Shown piece by piece: positions 45,484-54,480 of a DNA stretch of 64,000 nucleotides. Every line of letters begins with the position of its first letter. Position 1 is the first letter of the stretch. Location of the stretch: positions 124,001 to 188,000 of IMG/VR virus record IMGVR_UViG_3300031951_000003; one strand, written 5' to 3'. The translations under genes were made by a program, and so were the position numbers. The notes beneath the pieces were generated by a model. It had not been told where the DNA came from. It did no database searches and saw nothing but the letters and a program-made list of their open reading frames with translations.

Positions 45484-46029
45484 ATGCAACCTAATAATGG
45501 ATTTAGAGAACTCTTGAGTTCCATGATGAAAAGAAGATGGTGGATTACCGCATTAGTCCTTGGTGGATTTGTGGTGATAATCGGGGCCATTTTCATGGCA
45601 ATTTTTGAACAAAGTGCAATTAGCGGCGAATGGAAAGAATTATTACTTTTATTACTCGGGGCATTTATCGGGTCATATGGTAAAATCATCGACTATTGGT
45701 TTAGTGATACGGATAAAGACAAAATGTTAGTTCAGAAAATGGATGAGGAAGATGGTATCTCATTTTCAAACACTCAAGACGGGACCGTAAAACCAAAAGA
45801 AGAATCAGTAGCAATACTACCAAAATCTGAGGAATACCAAACCACACCATCAAAAACGGGTGTAGAGATAGACGAGGATGGTGATGGTATAATGGATGGT
45901 ATAGATGAAGATGGTGATGGTATAATCGACATGTATTTCGAACATCGTCAGTGTGAACACGTATGGGGAGACATGGACGGTGATGGGGATGAAGAATGTC
46001 TAAAATGTGGTCTAATTAAAAATATTTAA
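45484..46029 (+). CDS. 2-TM protein with DxDGDG Ca-binding-like repeats and C-terminal Zn motif
   Basis: LLLGAFIGSYGKIIDYWF; DEDGDG twice, DMDGDG; CEH...CLKCG. Confidence 0.7.
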   Translation: MQPNNGFRELLSSMMKRRWWITALVLGGFVVIIGAIFMAIFEQSAISGEWKELLLLLLGAFIGSYGKIIDYWFSDTDKDKMLVQKMDEEDGISFSNTQDGTVKPKEESVAILPKSEEYQTTPSKTGVEIDEDGDGIMDGIDEDGDGIIDMYFEHRQCEHVWGDMDGDGDEECLKCGLIKNI

Positions 46030-46030
46030 A

Positions 46031-46783
46031 ATGAAAAACTTTTTCAAAAGAAATCAGTATGCAATCATTACAATAATCTGGTTTCTGTTAATGTTTTTGA
46101 TTGCAATTAATTTACCTGCCCAGACTGTTGGAACAACAAAGACTGAACAATATAAAGCAAGTTTTGAAACAAAAATCAATATTGACTCATTGATAGACTA
46201 TGATGGTCCTCAAGTTCCTATTCAAATATTAACAATTGGAATAAGTGATGAGGTATATGAACAATACCCTGAACTTAAAGAGAAGAAAGTTGGTTTGGGA
46301 GTTGCGAATATTGTTTTGGAATACTTGTCCGACTTGAATAGATTTACATTCACTGAAGATAAAACTGAAATTAAAAACAGAATGGTTAAACAATTTCAGG
46401 CTTCTCAGAGTGGAATTTCTCAAGACAAATTAGATGGCAGGGGAAAAATAAGATTAGCACATTATTTTGTCACTGTAGAGGTCTATGATTTTTCTGTGTC
46501 GGAAGATGAAACGGTAAATTTAAAGGATGGTGTCAAGAATACTGTCAATACGAGACTTGGTCTTCAAGTTAGATTTACAGATGCAGAAACAGGTGAAATA
46601 GTTGCTGCAAGTGGTCTTGGTGAAGCAAAAACAGTGAGAGAGCTAACATTACTTAACGATGACAATCTAAGTGATGTAAAGTTCAATCAATCAACTATAG
46701 GAATTACCACGAAAAAAGCATTAGATATTGCTTGTAGTAGAATTCTTGTGAGATTAATTAAAAAGGGTAAATTCCCAAGATAA
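46031..46783 (+). CDS. CsgG/TolB-N-like assembly/transport protein
   Basis: GLGVANIV..L..LNRF..E...LQVRFTDAETGEIVAASGLGEA. Confidence 0.7.
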   Translation: MKNFFKRNQYAIITIIWFLLMFLIAINLPAQTVGTTKTEQYKASFETKINIDSLIDYDGPQVPIQILTIGISDEVYEQYPELKEKKVGLGVANIVLEYLSDLNRFTFTEDKTEIKNRMVKQFQASQSGISQDKLDGRGKIRLAHYFVTVEVYDFSVSEDETVNLKDGVKNTVNTRLGLQVRFTDAETGEIVAASGLGEAKTVRELTLLNDDNLSDVKFNQSTIGITTKKALDIACSRILVRLIKKGKFPR

Positions 46784-48159
46784 TGTGCAAAAGATTAAGA
46801 ACTTTTTTAAGTATATTCTTTATCTTATTTCTCAGCTCGAAAGTTGAGGGTCAAGTTATGACCACATCATTTACTGACCCGTGTACCAAAGCTGTCACTA
46901 ATTTTACAATACCTCTCCAAGGAGGGACTGTGATATATTTTTATGGTCAATCAAGAACATTCACCGCAGCAGATGTTGCCAGCGGTGAATTTACCAATTG
47001 GACCAACCAAGTTTATGGGGAATACAGAAAAGTTTCCCCATGTTCGGTTCAATCTACGAATGTAATAAGAAATCAAATAACTTCGCAAGTTATCGGGAAC
47101 GTAATCTCAAGTGTTGTTGGGGCTTTGGCATCCGAAACATCAGGAAACTTAGTAACGGACAATTCAAAATCATCAGATAGTAAAAAAACAAAAAAGAACA
47201 ATGAAAATAGTAATAATTCTAATATCTCTCCCTCTTCTAATAGTGGTAATTCTGGGAATGTTGGGTCTACTGGCGGACTTGGCGGTAGCAGTTCGAACAA
47301 TAGTTCGGGGGATAAAAACAGCAATAGTTCTAATGGTGGCGGTGGGAATAGCACATCTTCAACTTCTCAAGGAGGGAATCAAAATAATCAAGGTGAAAAT
47401 TCTTCAACTAATTCAAAAAATCAAAATGAAGAAGTAGCTGTTACTACTCAGATGAACGTTGACTCAAAGAACGAAAAGGGTGGTAGTAATGGGGGTTCGA
47501 AGGCAACAAGGAATAATCCTGTTGTAGTATCCTCCGATTTAACAAGTGCACAAAATTTAGATAAATCATTTACGGGTATCATTAATGTTGGAATGTCACA
47601 GTCCTCGATGACTGGAGCATCGAGTTGGGGGATAACTTCCATGGTTTGGTTTAATTTTAAACAATTCGCTTTGAATGGGAGATACACCAAAATTCATTTC
47701 AGTAATAATGGAAAACTGAAATGGATTCACAACATCAATCTGACTGGCTTGTATACCTATGGTAATTACATGGGATTTGTTGGTTATAGTGCAATTTTGA
47801 ATGCTGGAAAATATGGAGTAACGGGTATGAACGTGAGTGGTATGATAACAAAAGTCACCGACGATAATAATCTTTTCATAAGTCCATCCATTACCGCCTT
47901 TTATACAAGACCTTTCAAATCGGGAAAAAGATTAATTATTTCACCCGAATTATACATAATATCAACACCCCTTGTTTATTCATCGGTCGATAAAGTCACT
48001 GTAAGTGATAGAACGTTTAGTGGATTTTTGGGTTCGGGTTTTGATTATCAACTTACAAGAAGATTTAAAATAAACGTTAATTATAAAGCAAACCTTAGCA
48101 CAAACCCTGAATTTCCAATCTTGTCGTTCTTTTTAATCGGAAGTAAAATAAATCTATGA
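46783..48159 (+). CDS. Secreted protein with S/N/G low-complexity linker and C-terminal beta-barrel-like domain
   Basis: Signal peptide; SNNSSG-rich linker; amphipathic strands ending IGSKINL. Confidence 0.65.
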   Translation: MCKRLRTFLSIFFILFLSSKVEGQVMTTSFTDPCTKAVTNFTIPLQGGTVIYFYGQSRTFTAADVASGEFTNWTNQVYGEYRKVSPCSVQSTNVIRNQITSQVIGNVISSVVGALASETSGNLVTDNSKSSDSKKTKKNNENSNNSNISPSSNSGNSGNVGSTGGLGGSSSNNSSGDKNSNSSNGGGGNSTSSTSQGGNQNNQGENSSTNSKNQNEEVAVTTQMNVDSKNEKGGSNGGSKATRNNPVVVSSDLTSAQNLDKSFTGIINVGMSQSSMTGASSWGITSMVWFNFKQFALNGRYTKIHFSNNGKLKWIHNINLTGLYTYGNYMGFVGYSAILNAGKYGVTGMNVSGMITKVTDDNNLFISPSITAFYTRPFKSGKRLIISPELYIISTPLVYSSVDKVTVSDRTFSGFLGSGFDYQLTRRFKINVNYKANLSTNPEFPILSFFLIGSKINL

Positions 48160-49589
48160 GAAAATTAATTCTATTATTTCTTCTACTATCATGTTTGGTT
48201 GGATTTTCTCAATCAATAACGGCCCCTGTATCGAGAACATATCAAGTTAATACTTCGAGTCAGGACGCTAGTGGATTTGTTATTAACGGATTTGGTTCTG
48301 AAACGCTTCTAACTTCTATCGGTTTGGTAAATCCACCTGCGGGGGTTACATTTTCAATAACCACAACATTAGGTCTCTCATTTACCACGGGATATAACTC
48401 ATGGAATAATTTGACAAGGATAAGTTTCACGGGAACCATGACAAGTATCAATAATGCACTTGCATCACTTAAAATTAATACGGGTTCATCGACTGGTAAT
48501 GTTCAAATATCGGTTTCAACAACAATAAATCCTGTAGGTTATTATTATAACCCAACCAACGGACACTTTTACAGACCAATTTCTTCACCCGCCACATATG
48601 ACAATTCGAAGGTCTTATCAAATCAACAAACATTTAAAGGTCAAACAGGGTATCTCGTCACAATTACCTCTTCTACAGAGGAGAACTTCATTTTTGCTAA
48701 CGTCCCTCAGAGTAACATTTGGTTTGCACTCAGCGATAGATTACAAGAGGGTTATTGGAGAGTAGATGCTGGTCCTGAGAATGGAACACTTATCAATATT
48801 GGAAATTACAACGGGAATCCACAATCAGGGACTTACCAAAATTGGTGTGGTGGTGAACCTAATGATGCGGGTGGGGAGGATTATGCGGTAACTAAATGGG
48901 GTAGTGGAGGTTGTTGGAACGACTTACCTGGAAGTTGGTCGAACCCCTATATCGTAGAATTTGGAACATGGTCCAATCCTCAAGATGCGACTTTCACCGA
49001 TTTTTATGTTGCAAACACAACTAATAATGTCGCAATAACTAACACTCTTTCAGGAACTGTCTCAATTCCATCTTTATCCCCACTACCAACGTTATCACTA
49101 TATAGGGTTGTGAGCAATTCTGACGTGTTTGTAGAGACGAAAACAGTTAATTCCAATGGAACATACTCATTTACTCTGCCGTCTCAAAATTCGACCTATA
49201 AATTAGTCCCTTCATTAACGACTCAAGGTATATCTAATGTAGATTTCAATTTAGTTTTTGATGAAATCAAAAATGTTAATACACCTCCAATCACACAGTC
49301 AGGTTTGATTATGACAGGGACTAAACAATGGAAAGCTGCAGATGTCAACGAAGATGGTTTAGTTAATTTAGCCGACGCTTATCTAGTTGCCGCACACATA
49401 ACTAATTTTAGACCGATAACGAAGGTATTGTGGTTTCAACCTTCATCATATGACTCAATCACCAAGAACAATTTTGGTTCTGTGAGCCCCGTTACTTTTT
49501 TTTCAGTCACAGTTACAACTTCGAATGTAACTCAAAACATAAAATATTGTATTTTGGGTGATGTCAATCTTTCTCATTCTTCACAATAA
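48156..49589 (+). CDS. Secreted C-type-lectin-domain protein with dockerin-like module
   Basis: NGHFY, GYLVTITS..E..FI, W.ALSD...EG.W, NW..GEPN...EDY...WNDL; AADVNEDG.VNLAD. Confidence 0.8.
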   Translation: MRKLILLFLLLSCLVGFSQSITAPVSRTYQVNTSSQDASGFVINGFGSETLLTSIGLVNPPAGVTFSITTTLGLSFTTGYNSWNNLTRISFTGTMTSINNALASLKINTGSSTGNVQISVSTTINPVGYYYNPTNGHFYRPISSPATYDNSKVLSNQQTFKGQTGYLVTITSSTEENFIFANVPQSNIWFALSDRLQEGYWRVDAGPENGTLINIGNYNGNPQSGTYQNWCGGEPNDAGGEDYAVTKWGSGGCWNDLPGSWSNPYIVEFGTWSNPQDATFTDFYVANTTNNVAITNTLSGTVSIPSLSPLPTLSLYRVVSNSDVFVETKTVNSNGTYSFTLPSQNSTYKLVPSLTTQGISNVDFNLVFDEIKNVNTPPITQSGLIMTGTKQWKAADVNEDGLVNLADAYLVAAHITNFRPITKVLWFQPSSYDSITKNNFGSVSPVTFFSVTVTTSNVTQNIKYCILGDVNLSHSSQ

Positions 49590-49617
49590 AATAATATTTA
49601 TTGTAAAGTAAATTACT

Positions 49618-50457
49618 ATGATACTAAAAGTTGGGTCTAAAGGAGAGGACGTAAAACAACTCCAACAGAAATTAGGGTTGGGCGCCGATGGTATATTCGG
49701 AAGGGGAACCGAAGAAGCGGTTAAAGCTTTTCAATTAAAAAATGGTTTGAACCCTGATGGGATTGTTGGTCCGAATACTTGGCAAAAGATTATGGGACAA
49801 GGTATTACCACCCCTCAAGTTGCCCCTCAAGTTGCTTCTCAAGTTGCCCCTCAAGTCGGAGGATTAAAATTAGAAAAATTGAAAGGTCATATACCTGACA
49901 ATGTAATTGCACAAATACCTGATACAGCATCTAAATTCGGAATCGACACTCCCTTGAAACTTGCTCACTTCTTGGCACAATGTGGTCATGAGAGTGCGGG
50001 TTTCAAAGTTGTAAACGAAAATTTGAACTATTCCGCGAGTGGTTTGAAAGGTATTTTCGGAAAATATTTTAAGGAATCAGGATTGGCTGAGTCATATCAA
50101 AGAAATCCTCAGAAGATTGCAAGTAGAGTTTATGGGGGAAGAATGGGAAATGGACCTGAGTCAACAGGAGAAGGTTTTAAATTTAGAGGTAGAGGATATA
50201 TTCAGTTGACAGGTAAAGACAACTACACTGCTTTTGGAAAAGCAATAAATGAAGATGTTGTATCTAACCCTGATTTGGTATCGACGAAATATCCATTATT
50301 GTCTGCAGCTTGGTTCTTCAGTAAAAATTGCTTGAAAAAATGTGTTGACGCTTCTGATGCAACGGTAACCTCTGTCACAAAGTGTGTCAATGGAGGAACT
50401 ATCGGACTACCCGATAGATTAAAACACTTCAAAGAATATTACAAACTTCTGTCTTAG
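49618..50457 (+). CDS. Endolysin: PG-binding domain plus GH19 catalytic domain
   Basis: LKVGSKGEDVK.LQ..DGIFG..T; AHFLAQCGHES, ENLNYS, FRGRGYIQLTGK.NY, VNGG..GL.DR. Confidence 0.92.
   Translation: MILKVGSKGEDVKQLQQKLGLGADGIFGRGTEEAVKAFQLKNGLNPDGIVGPNTWQKIMGQGITTPQVAPQVASQVAPQVGGLKLEKLKGHIPDNVIAQIPDTASKFGIDTPLKLAHFLAQCGHESAGFKVVNENLNYSASGLKGIFGKYFKESGLAESYQRNPQKIASRVYGGRMGNGPESTGEGFKFRGRGYIQLTGKDNYTAFGKAINEDVVSNPDLVSTKYPLLSAAWFFSKNCLKKCVDASDATVTSVTKCVNGGTIGLPDRLKHFKEYYKLLS
49812..49857 (+). repeat. 12-bp tandem repeat (about 4x) encoding PQVA linker
   Basis: CCTCAAGTTGCC-like units. Confidence 0.8.
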
Positions 50458-50510
50458 TTTTTTTGTAAAGACAGTTTTTGTTTGTAATTTTGATGAAATC
50501 TAAAAAAAAA

Positions 50511-50747
50511 ATGACACTCATCGTGGATATCAACAAAGCAAACAAAGAGATTTCTTGGGTTATCAAAATGATTGAGTCAGTTCAGACTAAACAACAATTA
50601 GAAGTTGTTCTCAAATGTTTTTTATTGTGGGATTTGAAACATGATGCTACTCACAATTACAACCCTCTGAAATCTACCTTGAAAAGTAAGTTTTGGGCTG
50701 TATATAAAACTAAAGAAACTCAGTTTTTGTCTTCACAGACTATGTAA
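50511..50747 (+). CDS. Hypothetical protein
   Basis: ORF after TAATTTTG. Confidence 0.55.
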   Translation: MTLIVDINKANKEISWVIKMIESVQTKQQLEVVLKCFLLWDLKHDATHNYNPLKSTLKSKFWAVYKTKETQFLSSQTM

Positions 50748-50825
50748 AATTGATTTTTTTTCAATTCTTGGATATATTTATTCTTACATCACTCTTAAGG
50801 AGTGTTCTCATATATCCCTTTCTCA

Positions 50826-50864
50826 AAAGACCCGTCAAATTTATTTGTCGGGTCTTATTTTTTT
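50826..50864 (+). terminator. Terminator ending a short ORF-less TATTTAT-driven unit
   Basis: AAGACCCG.CAAAT/ATTTG.CGGGTCTT + T run. Confidence 0.65.
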
Positions 50865-50880
50865 ATTACATTTGTAATCT

Positions 50881-51120
50881 ATGAGTTATAATTGTCCAAA
50901 TTGTGGAAACAAAGAAAATTTTCATTTCAACTACGATTGGTCCAAACAGAACAGACCGATAATTGACGTTATGTGTAATGAGTGTGGTGAAATTTTTGAT
51001 GACCCAGAAGAAATTTATAGAAAGATAGAACAACTCATAATTTCTTGGTCAAACGATGGGACAAAAACTGCAGGAACATTGACTAGACAAATTATTGAAA
51101 TTATAAAAAATTCAAAATGA
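50881..51120 (+). CDS. Zn-ribbon protein
   Basis: CPNCG...CNECG. Confidence 0.65.
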   Translation: MSYNCPNCGNKENFHFNYDWSKQNRPIIDVMCNECGEIFDDPEEIYRKIEQLIISWSNDGTKTAGTLTRQIIEIIKNSK

Positions 51121-51719
51121 AAATTACATTCTCAGATAGTTTTTGGAAATCCTTGAAAAGGCTTTCCATGCACCAAACTTGGTGGTATAAAACCTACGAA
51201 GTTTTTAGATATAAAATACCAATGTTTTTTGAAAATCTATGGTATTTTAGAAAAGAACTGTGGTATTTTAGGTCTTGGGATTACACATTCAATCTAAGCA
51301 TCTTTGCTCGTTCTTTGGAAAAAAGTGCCCATACCCTTGAATTTCATGGAAACGAGGTAGAAATCACTAGAATGAAAAAGGTTTCCAAAATGAAAAGAGT
51401 AATAGAAATTATTAAAAATTTAGATGAGAGTAATTACATTACATTGGCTGAGAATGAATTGGGTGAACTTAAAAATGTTTGGGGATGGATTGATGACCGT
51501 GAAGATACACCTGAGGAAGAAGAACACAATCGACGAATATACGATAGGTCAACTGAACTCGAAAAACAGGAATTCGAAGAACTTTGGCAAATTCTTAAGG
51601 GACAAAATAAAGATGAATTTATTGAAATTTATAAAAATTTATCGGATGATGAAAAATCAAATCACTCTCATTGGGAAAAATGGTTTGATGGTTCAGGTAT
51701 AAAAAATTGGTGGGATTAG
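51117..51719 (+). CDS. Hypothetical phage protein
   Basis: 200 aa, ends WWD; ATGA coupled. Confidence 0.7.
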   Translation: MKITFSDSFWKSLKRLSMHQTWWYKTYEVFRYKIPMFFENLWYFRKELWYFRSWDYTFNLSIFARSLEKSAHTLEFHGNEVEITRMKKVSKMKRVIEIIKNLDESNYITLAENELGELKNVWGWIDDREDTPEEEEHNRRIYDRSTELEKQEFEELWQILKGQNKDEFIEIYKNLSDDEKSNHSHWEKWFDGSGIKNWWD

Positions 51720-51747
51720 AAAATTTATAAACAAATAGTTAAATAAT

Positions 51748-51948
51748 ATGGCAGCAATACTAATAACACTTATCTTCGTGGTTCCAATATCGGTTTATTG
51801 GGCTCATCTAATTCACAATATGAAAGAAAATTTTCCTGATTATAAAGGCGAAGATTTTCTAAATTGGGGTGAGAACGAAATGAAAAAAGAAACTGAAACT
51901 AACGAATGGGATGACAATCAAGTTCATACTGAAGGTGGGTTTCACTAA
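51748..51948 (+). CDS. Small membrane protein
   Basis: N-terminal TM; PDYKGEDFL. Confidence 0.6.
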   Translation: MAAILITLIFVVPISVYWAHLIHNMKENFPDYKGEDFLNWGENEMKKETETNEWDDNQVHTEGGFH

Positions 51949-51957
51949 ACATATTTT

Positions 51958-52632
51958 ATGAAAATAACATTCATCAGCGACACACACAACAAACATAATC
52001 ACTTGACAAGTAATGCCTACAATAACATTCTTGGTGGTGGAGACGTTCTTGTTCATGCTGGTGACTGCACTAGCATGGGAAAGAGTCATGAGATTACAAA
52101 TTTCCTGAATTGGTTCAGTATGACTGATTTTAAACATAAAATCTTCATTGCTGGTAATCACGATTTCGGTTTTGAAACTCACACTGACATTGCTGAAGAA
52201 TTCAAAGATAGAGGTGTCATATATCTTTTTGATAGTGAAGTTGTAATCGATGGTGTAAAATTCTATGGTAGCCCTTGGCAACCCGAGTTTTACGATTGGG
52301 CTTTCAATTTGCCTAGAGGGGAAAAACTTGCGGAAAAATGGGCTAAAATCCCTGGTAATACCGATATCTTAATCACTCACGGACCTGCTCATGGAATGCT
52401 CGATTGGACTCCATCAGGTCAAAGAGTTGGTTGTGAGGATTTATTCAAAAGGATTATGGAAGTTCAACCAAAAATTCATGTTTGTGGACACATCCACTGT
52501 GCATACGGACAAAAAAATTTCAATGGTGTTGAGTTCTTGAACGCATCTGTTCTCAATGAAAGATACGAATATGAAAACAAACCAATTGTTGTAGATTTTG
52601 ATATTGAAACAAAACAAATAGATTATCCATGA
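51958..52632 (+). CDS. Calcineurin-like metallophosphoesterase
   Basis: ISDTH, HAGD, IAGNHD, LITHGP, CGHIH. Confidence 0.92.
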   Translation: MKITFISDTHNKHNHLTSNAYNNILGGGDVLVHAGDCTSMGKSHEITNFLNWFSMTDFKHKIFIAGNHDFGFETHTDIAEEFKDRGVIYLFDSEVVIDGVKFYGSPWQPEFYDWAFNLPRGEKLAEKWAKIPGNTDILITHGPAHGMLDWTPSGQRVGCEDLFKRIMEVQPKIHVCGHIHCAYGQKNFNGVEFLNASVLNERYEYENKPIVVDFDIETKQIDYP

Positions 52633-53111
52633 AAAATCAAAATGCAATCGAGGAATTAAAAAAACTAAATTCCGATGATTACGTAAAAGTTACAATTGAC
52701 CTTTATAGAAAGTCATTACTCGAAATTTGTTACCACACAGGTTCCAAATTTGATAAAACATTTACCTGTGATACTGAAACCACTTGGAGAGGTGCCAGCC
52801 TTGTTTGTGAACAATTTGTTGTTTCTGAACTTTTAGAACTTTTGGAATCAAAAGACCTAATCGAAATGCAAGATGTGGACTTTCCTGATTTGTCAATAGA
52901 GACATCTACGGACGGCGACGTTGACGTAACAAATATTGAGTGGGAAGAACCATTGACTGAAGAGGAAGAGTCAGAATTTAGTCCTATGGACTTATATTGG
53001 GATTCCGAAATTACAGACTCTGAACTAAACTTTGGAACCGGAAGTATTCACACAATGGTTATAGAAAACTCTGATTCAATAATTACTAAAATCACTGAAG
53101 ATGAAAAATAA
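52629..53111 (+). CDS. Hypothetical acidic protein
   Basis: 160-aa coupled ORF. Confidence 0.65.
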   Translation: MKNQNAIEELKKLNSDDYVKVTIDLYRKSLLEICYHTGSKFDKTFTCDTETTWRGASLVCEQFVVSELLELLESKDLIEMQDVDFPDLSIETSTDGDVDVTNIEWEEPLTEEEESEFSPMDLYWDSEITDSELNFGTGSIHTMVIENSDSIITKITEDEK

Positions 53112-53352
53112 AATCAACAATGGTCATTATTTGGAATTGATGGATAGACTTCACGTTCAATCTTCGATGATTGAGGAGCATTTAGTAAATCATCCCTTAA
53201 CAAAAAAAATAAAAAAAGTAAAAAAGTTGATTGACAATGCAAGTTGGACCTTGATTGAGGCATACCAAATTGTTGGTCAGAAATCATATGAAAAAGAAAA
53301 TAACCCAATTGAAAAAGTTATACTTAGACGACGTAAGAAACCCAAAAACTGA
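53101..53352 (+). CDS. Hypothetical protein
   Basis: 83-aa coupled ORF. Confidence 0.6.
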   Translation: MKNKINNGHYLELMDRLHVQSSMIEEHLVNHPLTKKIKKVKKLIDNASWTLIEAYQIVGQKSYEKENNPIEKVILRRRKKPKN

Positions 53353-53608
53353 AGGGTGGACAATTGTCAGAAATTATGATGAATTTGTCAAATATATTAA
53401 TGAAAATGGATTACCTGATGAAATTTCATTTGACCACGATTTAGGGGAAAATACAAAAACAGGATACGATTGCGCTAAGTGGTTTTGTGAATATTGTTGG
53501 GGAAATGGATTACCAATCCCAAATTATAATGTCCACTCCGCAAATCCCGTGGGTCGAGATAATATAATTCAAATTCTCAAAAGTTTTGAACGTAAACTTA
53601 ATGATTAA
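53288..53608 (+). CDS. Cyclic-phosphate-processing receiver-like domain protein
   Basis: LYLDDVR.P, ISFDHDLG, TGYD, VHSANPVG. Confidence 0.8.
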   Translation: MKKKITQLKKLYLDDVRNPKTEGWTIVRNYDEFVKYINENGLPDEISFDHDLGENTKTGYDCAKWFCEYCWGNGLPIPNYNVHSANPVGRDNIIQILKSFERKLND

Positions 53609-53648
53609 AGAGGTGAGATAATTCTCACCTTTTTTTGTATTTATATGT

Positions 53649-54269
53649 ATGAGTTATTTTACCCTTCAACCATTAAAAATTCTTGTAACTATTGCGGAAT
53701 CGCTTTACTCAACGGATTTTGACTTTTCAAGACCTTGGGATGATGCTGATGAAAATTACAAAATATTGAAAGAGAAATCTTCTTGGACGGGGGTAAATTC
53801 TGAGATTGAGGACATGGAATTTATGGCGGCATTAATCAATATAAATGAACCTATTTTTCAACAACTGAAAGAGGGTTCTATATCTATAAAAGAAGCAATC
53901 GCAAATTTAACTTTACCTGAACTTCAGAAATACAAAATTTACTATGAAATTTGGGGTCCAGCAACTTTGACTGAAAAATATTCTACAACTTGGCAAAGTT
54001 ATGATAGAAAATGGGTAAGTGCAAATATCAGACACTCATATAATGAAGGGACATTCGATTATTATGATGGAAATTACGAAGAATACGAAACAGATAATTT
54101 CGAACCCGATAATTTTGATATAACGGATGTTAGAACACTTAGCGAATCCAAAAAACCAATTTTATCCAAATTGGTTGTCGAAAATACGAAAGAAATATTG
54201 AATAATTTGGATAAAGAGACTTTGATAGAATTAAGAAATCTAATTAATCAGAAACTTTCTTCTTCTTAG
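53649..54269 (+). CDS. Hypothetical protein
   Basis: 206 aa; TATTTATA upstream. Confidence 0.65.
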   Translation: MSYFTLQPLKILVTIAESLYSTDFDFSRPWDDADENYKILKEKSSWTGVNSEIEDMEFMAALININEPIFQQLKEGSISIKEAIANLTLPELQKYKIYYEIWGPATLTEKYSTTWQSYDRKWVSANIRHSYNEGTFDYYDGNYEEYETDNFEPDNFDITDVRTLSESKKPILSKLVVENTKEILNNLDKETLIELRNLINQKLSSS

Positions 54270-54465
54270 ATTCTTTTGCCAATTCACCCAATGTTTTTTT
54301 CTTAGTTCCAGGGTGAACATAACCTCTTTTATATTTATACTCAACTTCTACAGGACCGTTAGTAGTAATTTTAGAATTATATCTCCAAATTGAAATGCAA
54401 TCCTCATCTTCAAACACATATTCGTATTTCGTGGGTTTCGGTTCTGGTTTTTTTTCAAAAGGCAT
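54244..54465 (-). CDS. Hypothetical protein
   Basis: MPFEKKPEP... Confidence 0.55.
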   Translation of the reverse strand: MPFEKKPEPKPTKYEYVFEDEDCISIWRYNSKITTNGPVEVEYKYKRGYVHPGTKKKTLGELAKESKKKKVSD

Positions 54466-54480
54466 ACACAAAAATAAAGA

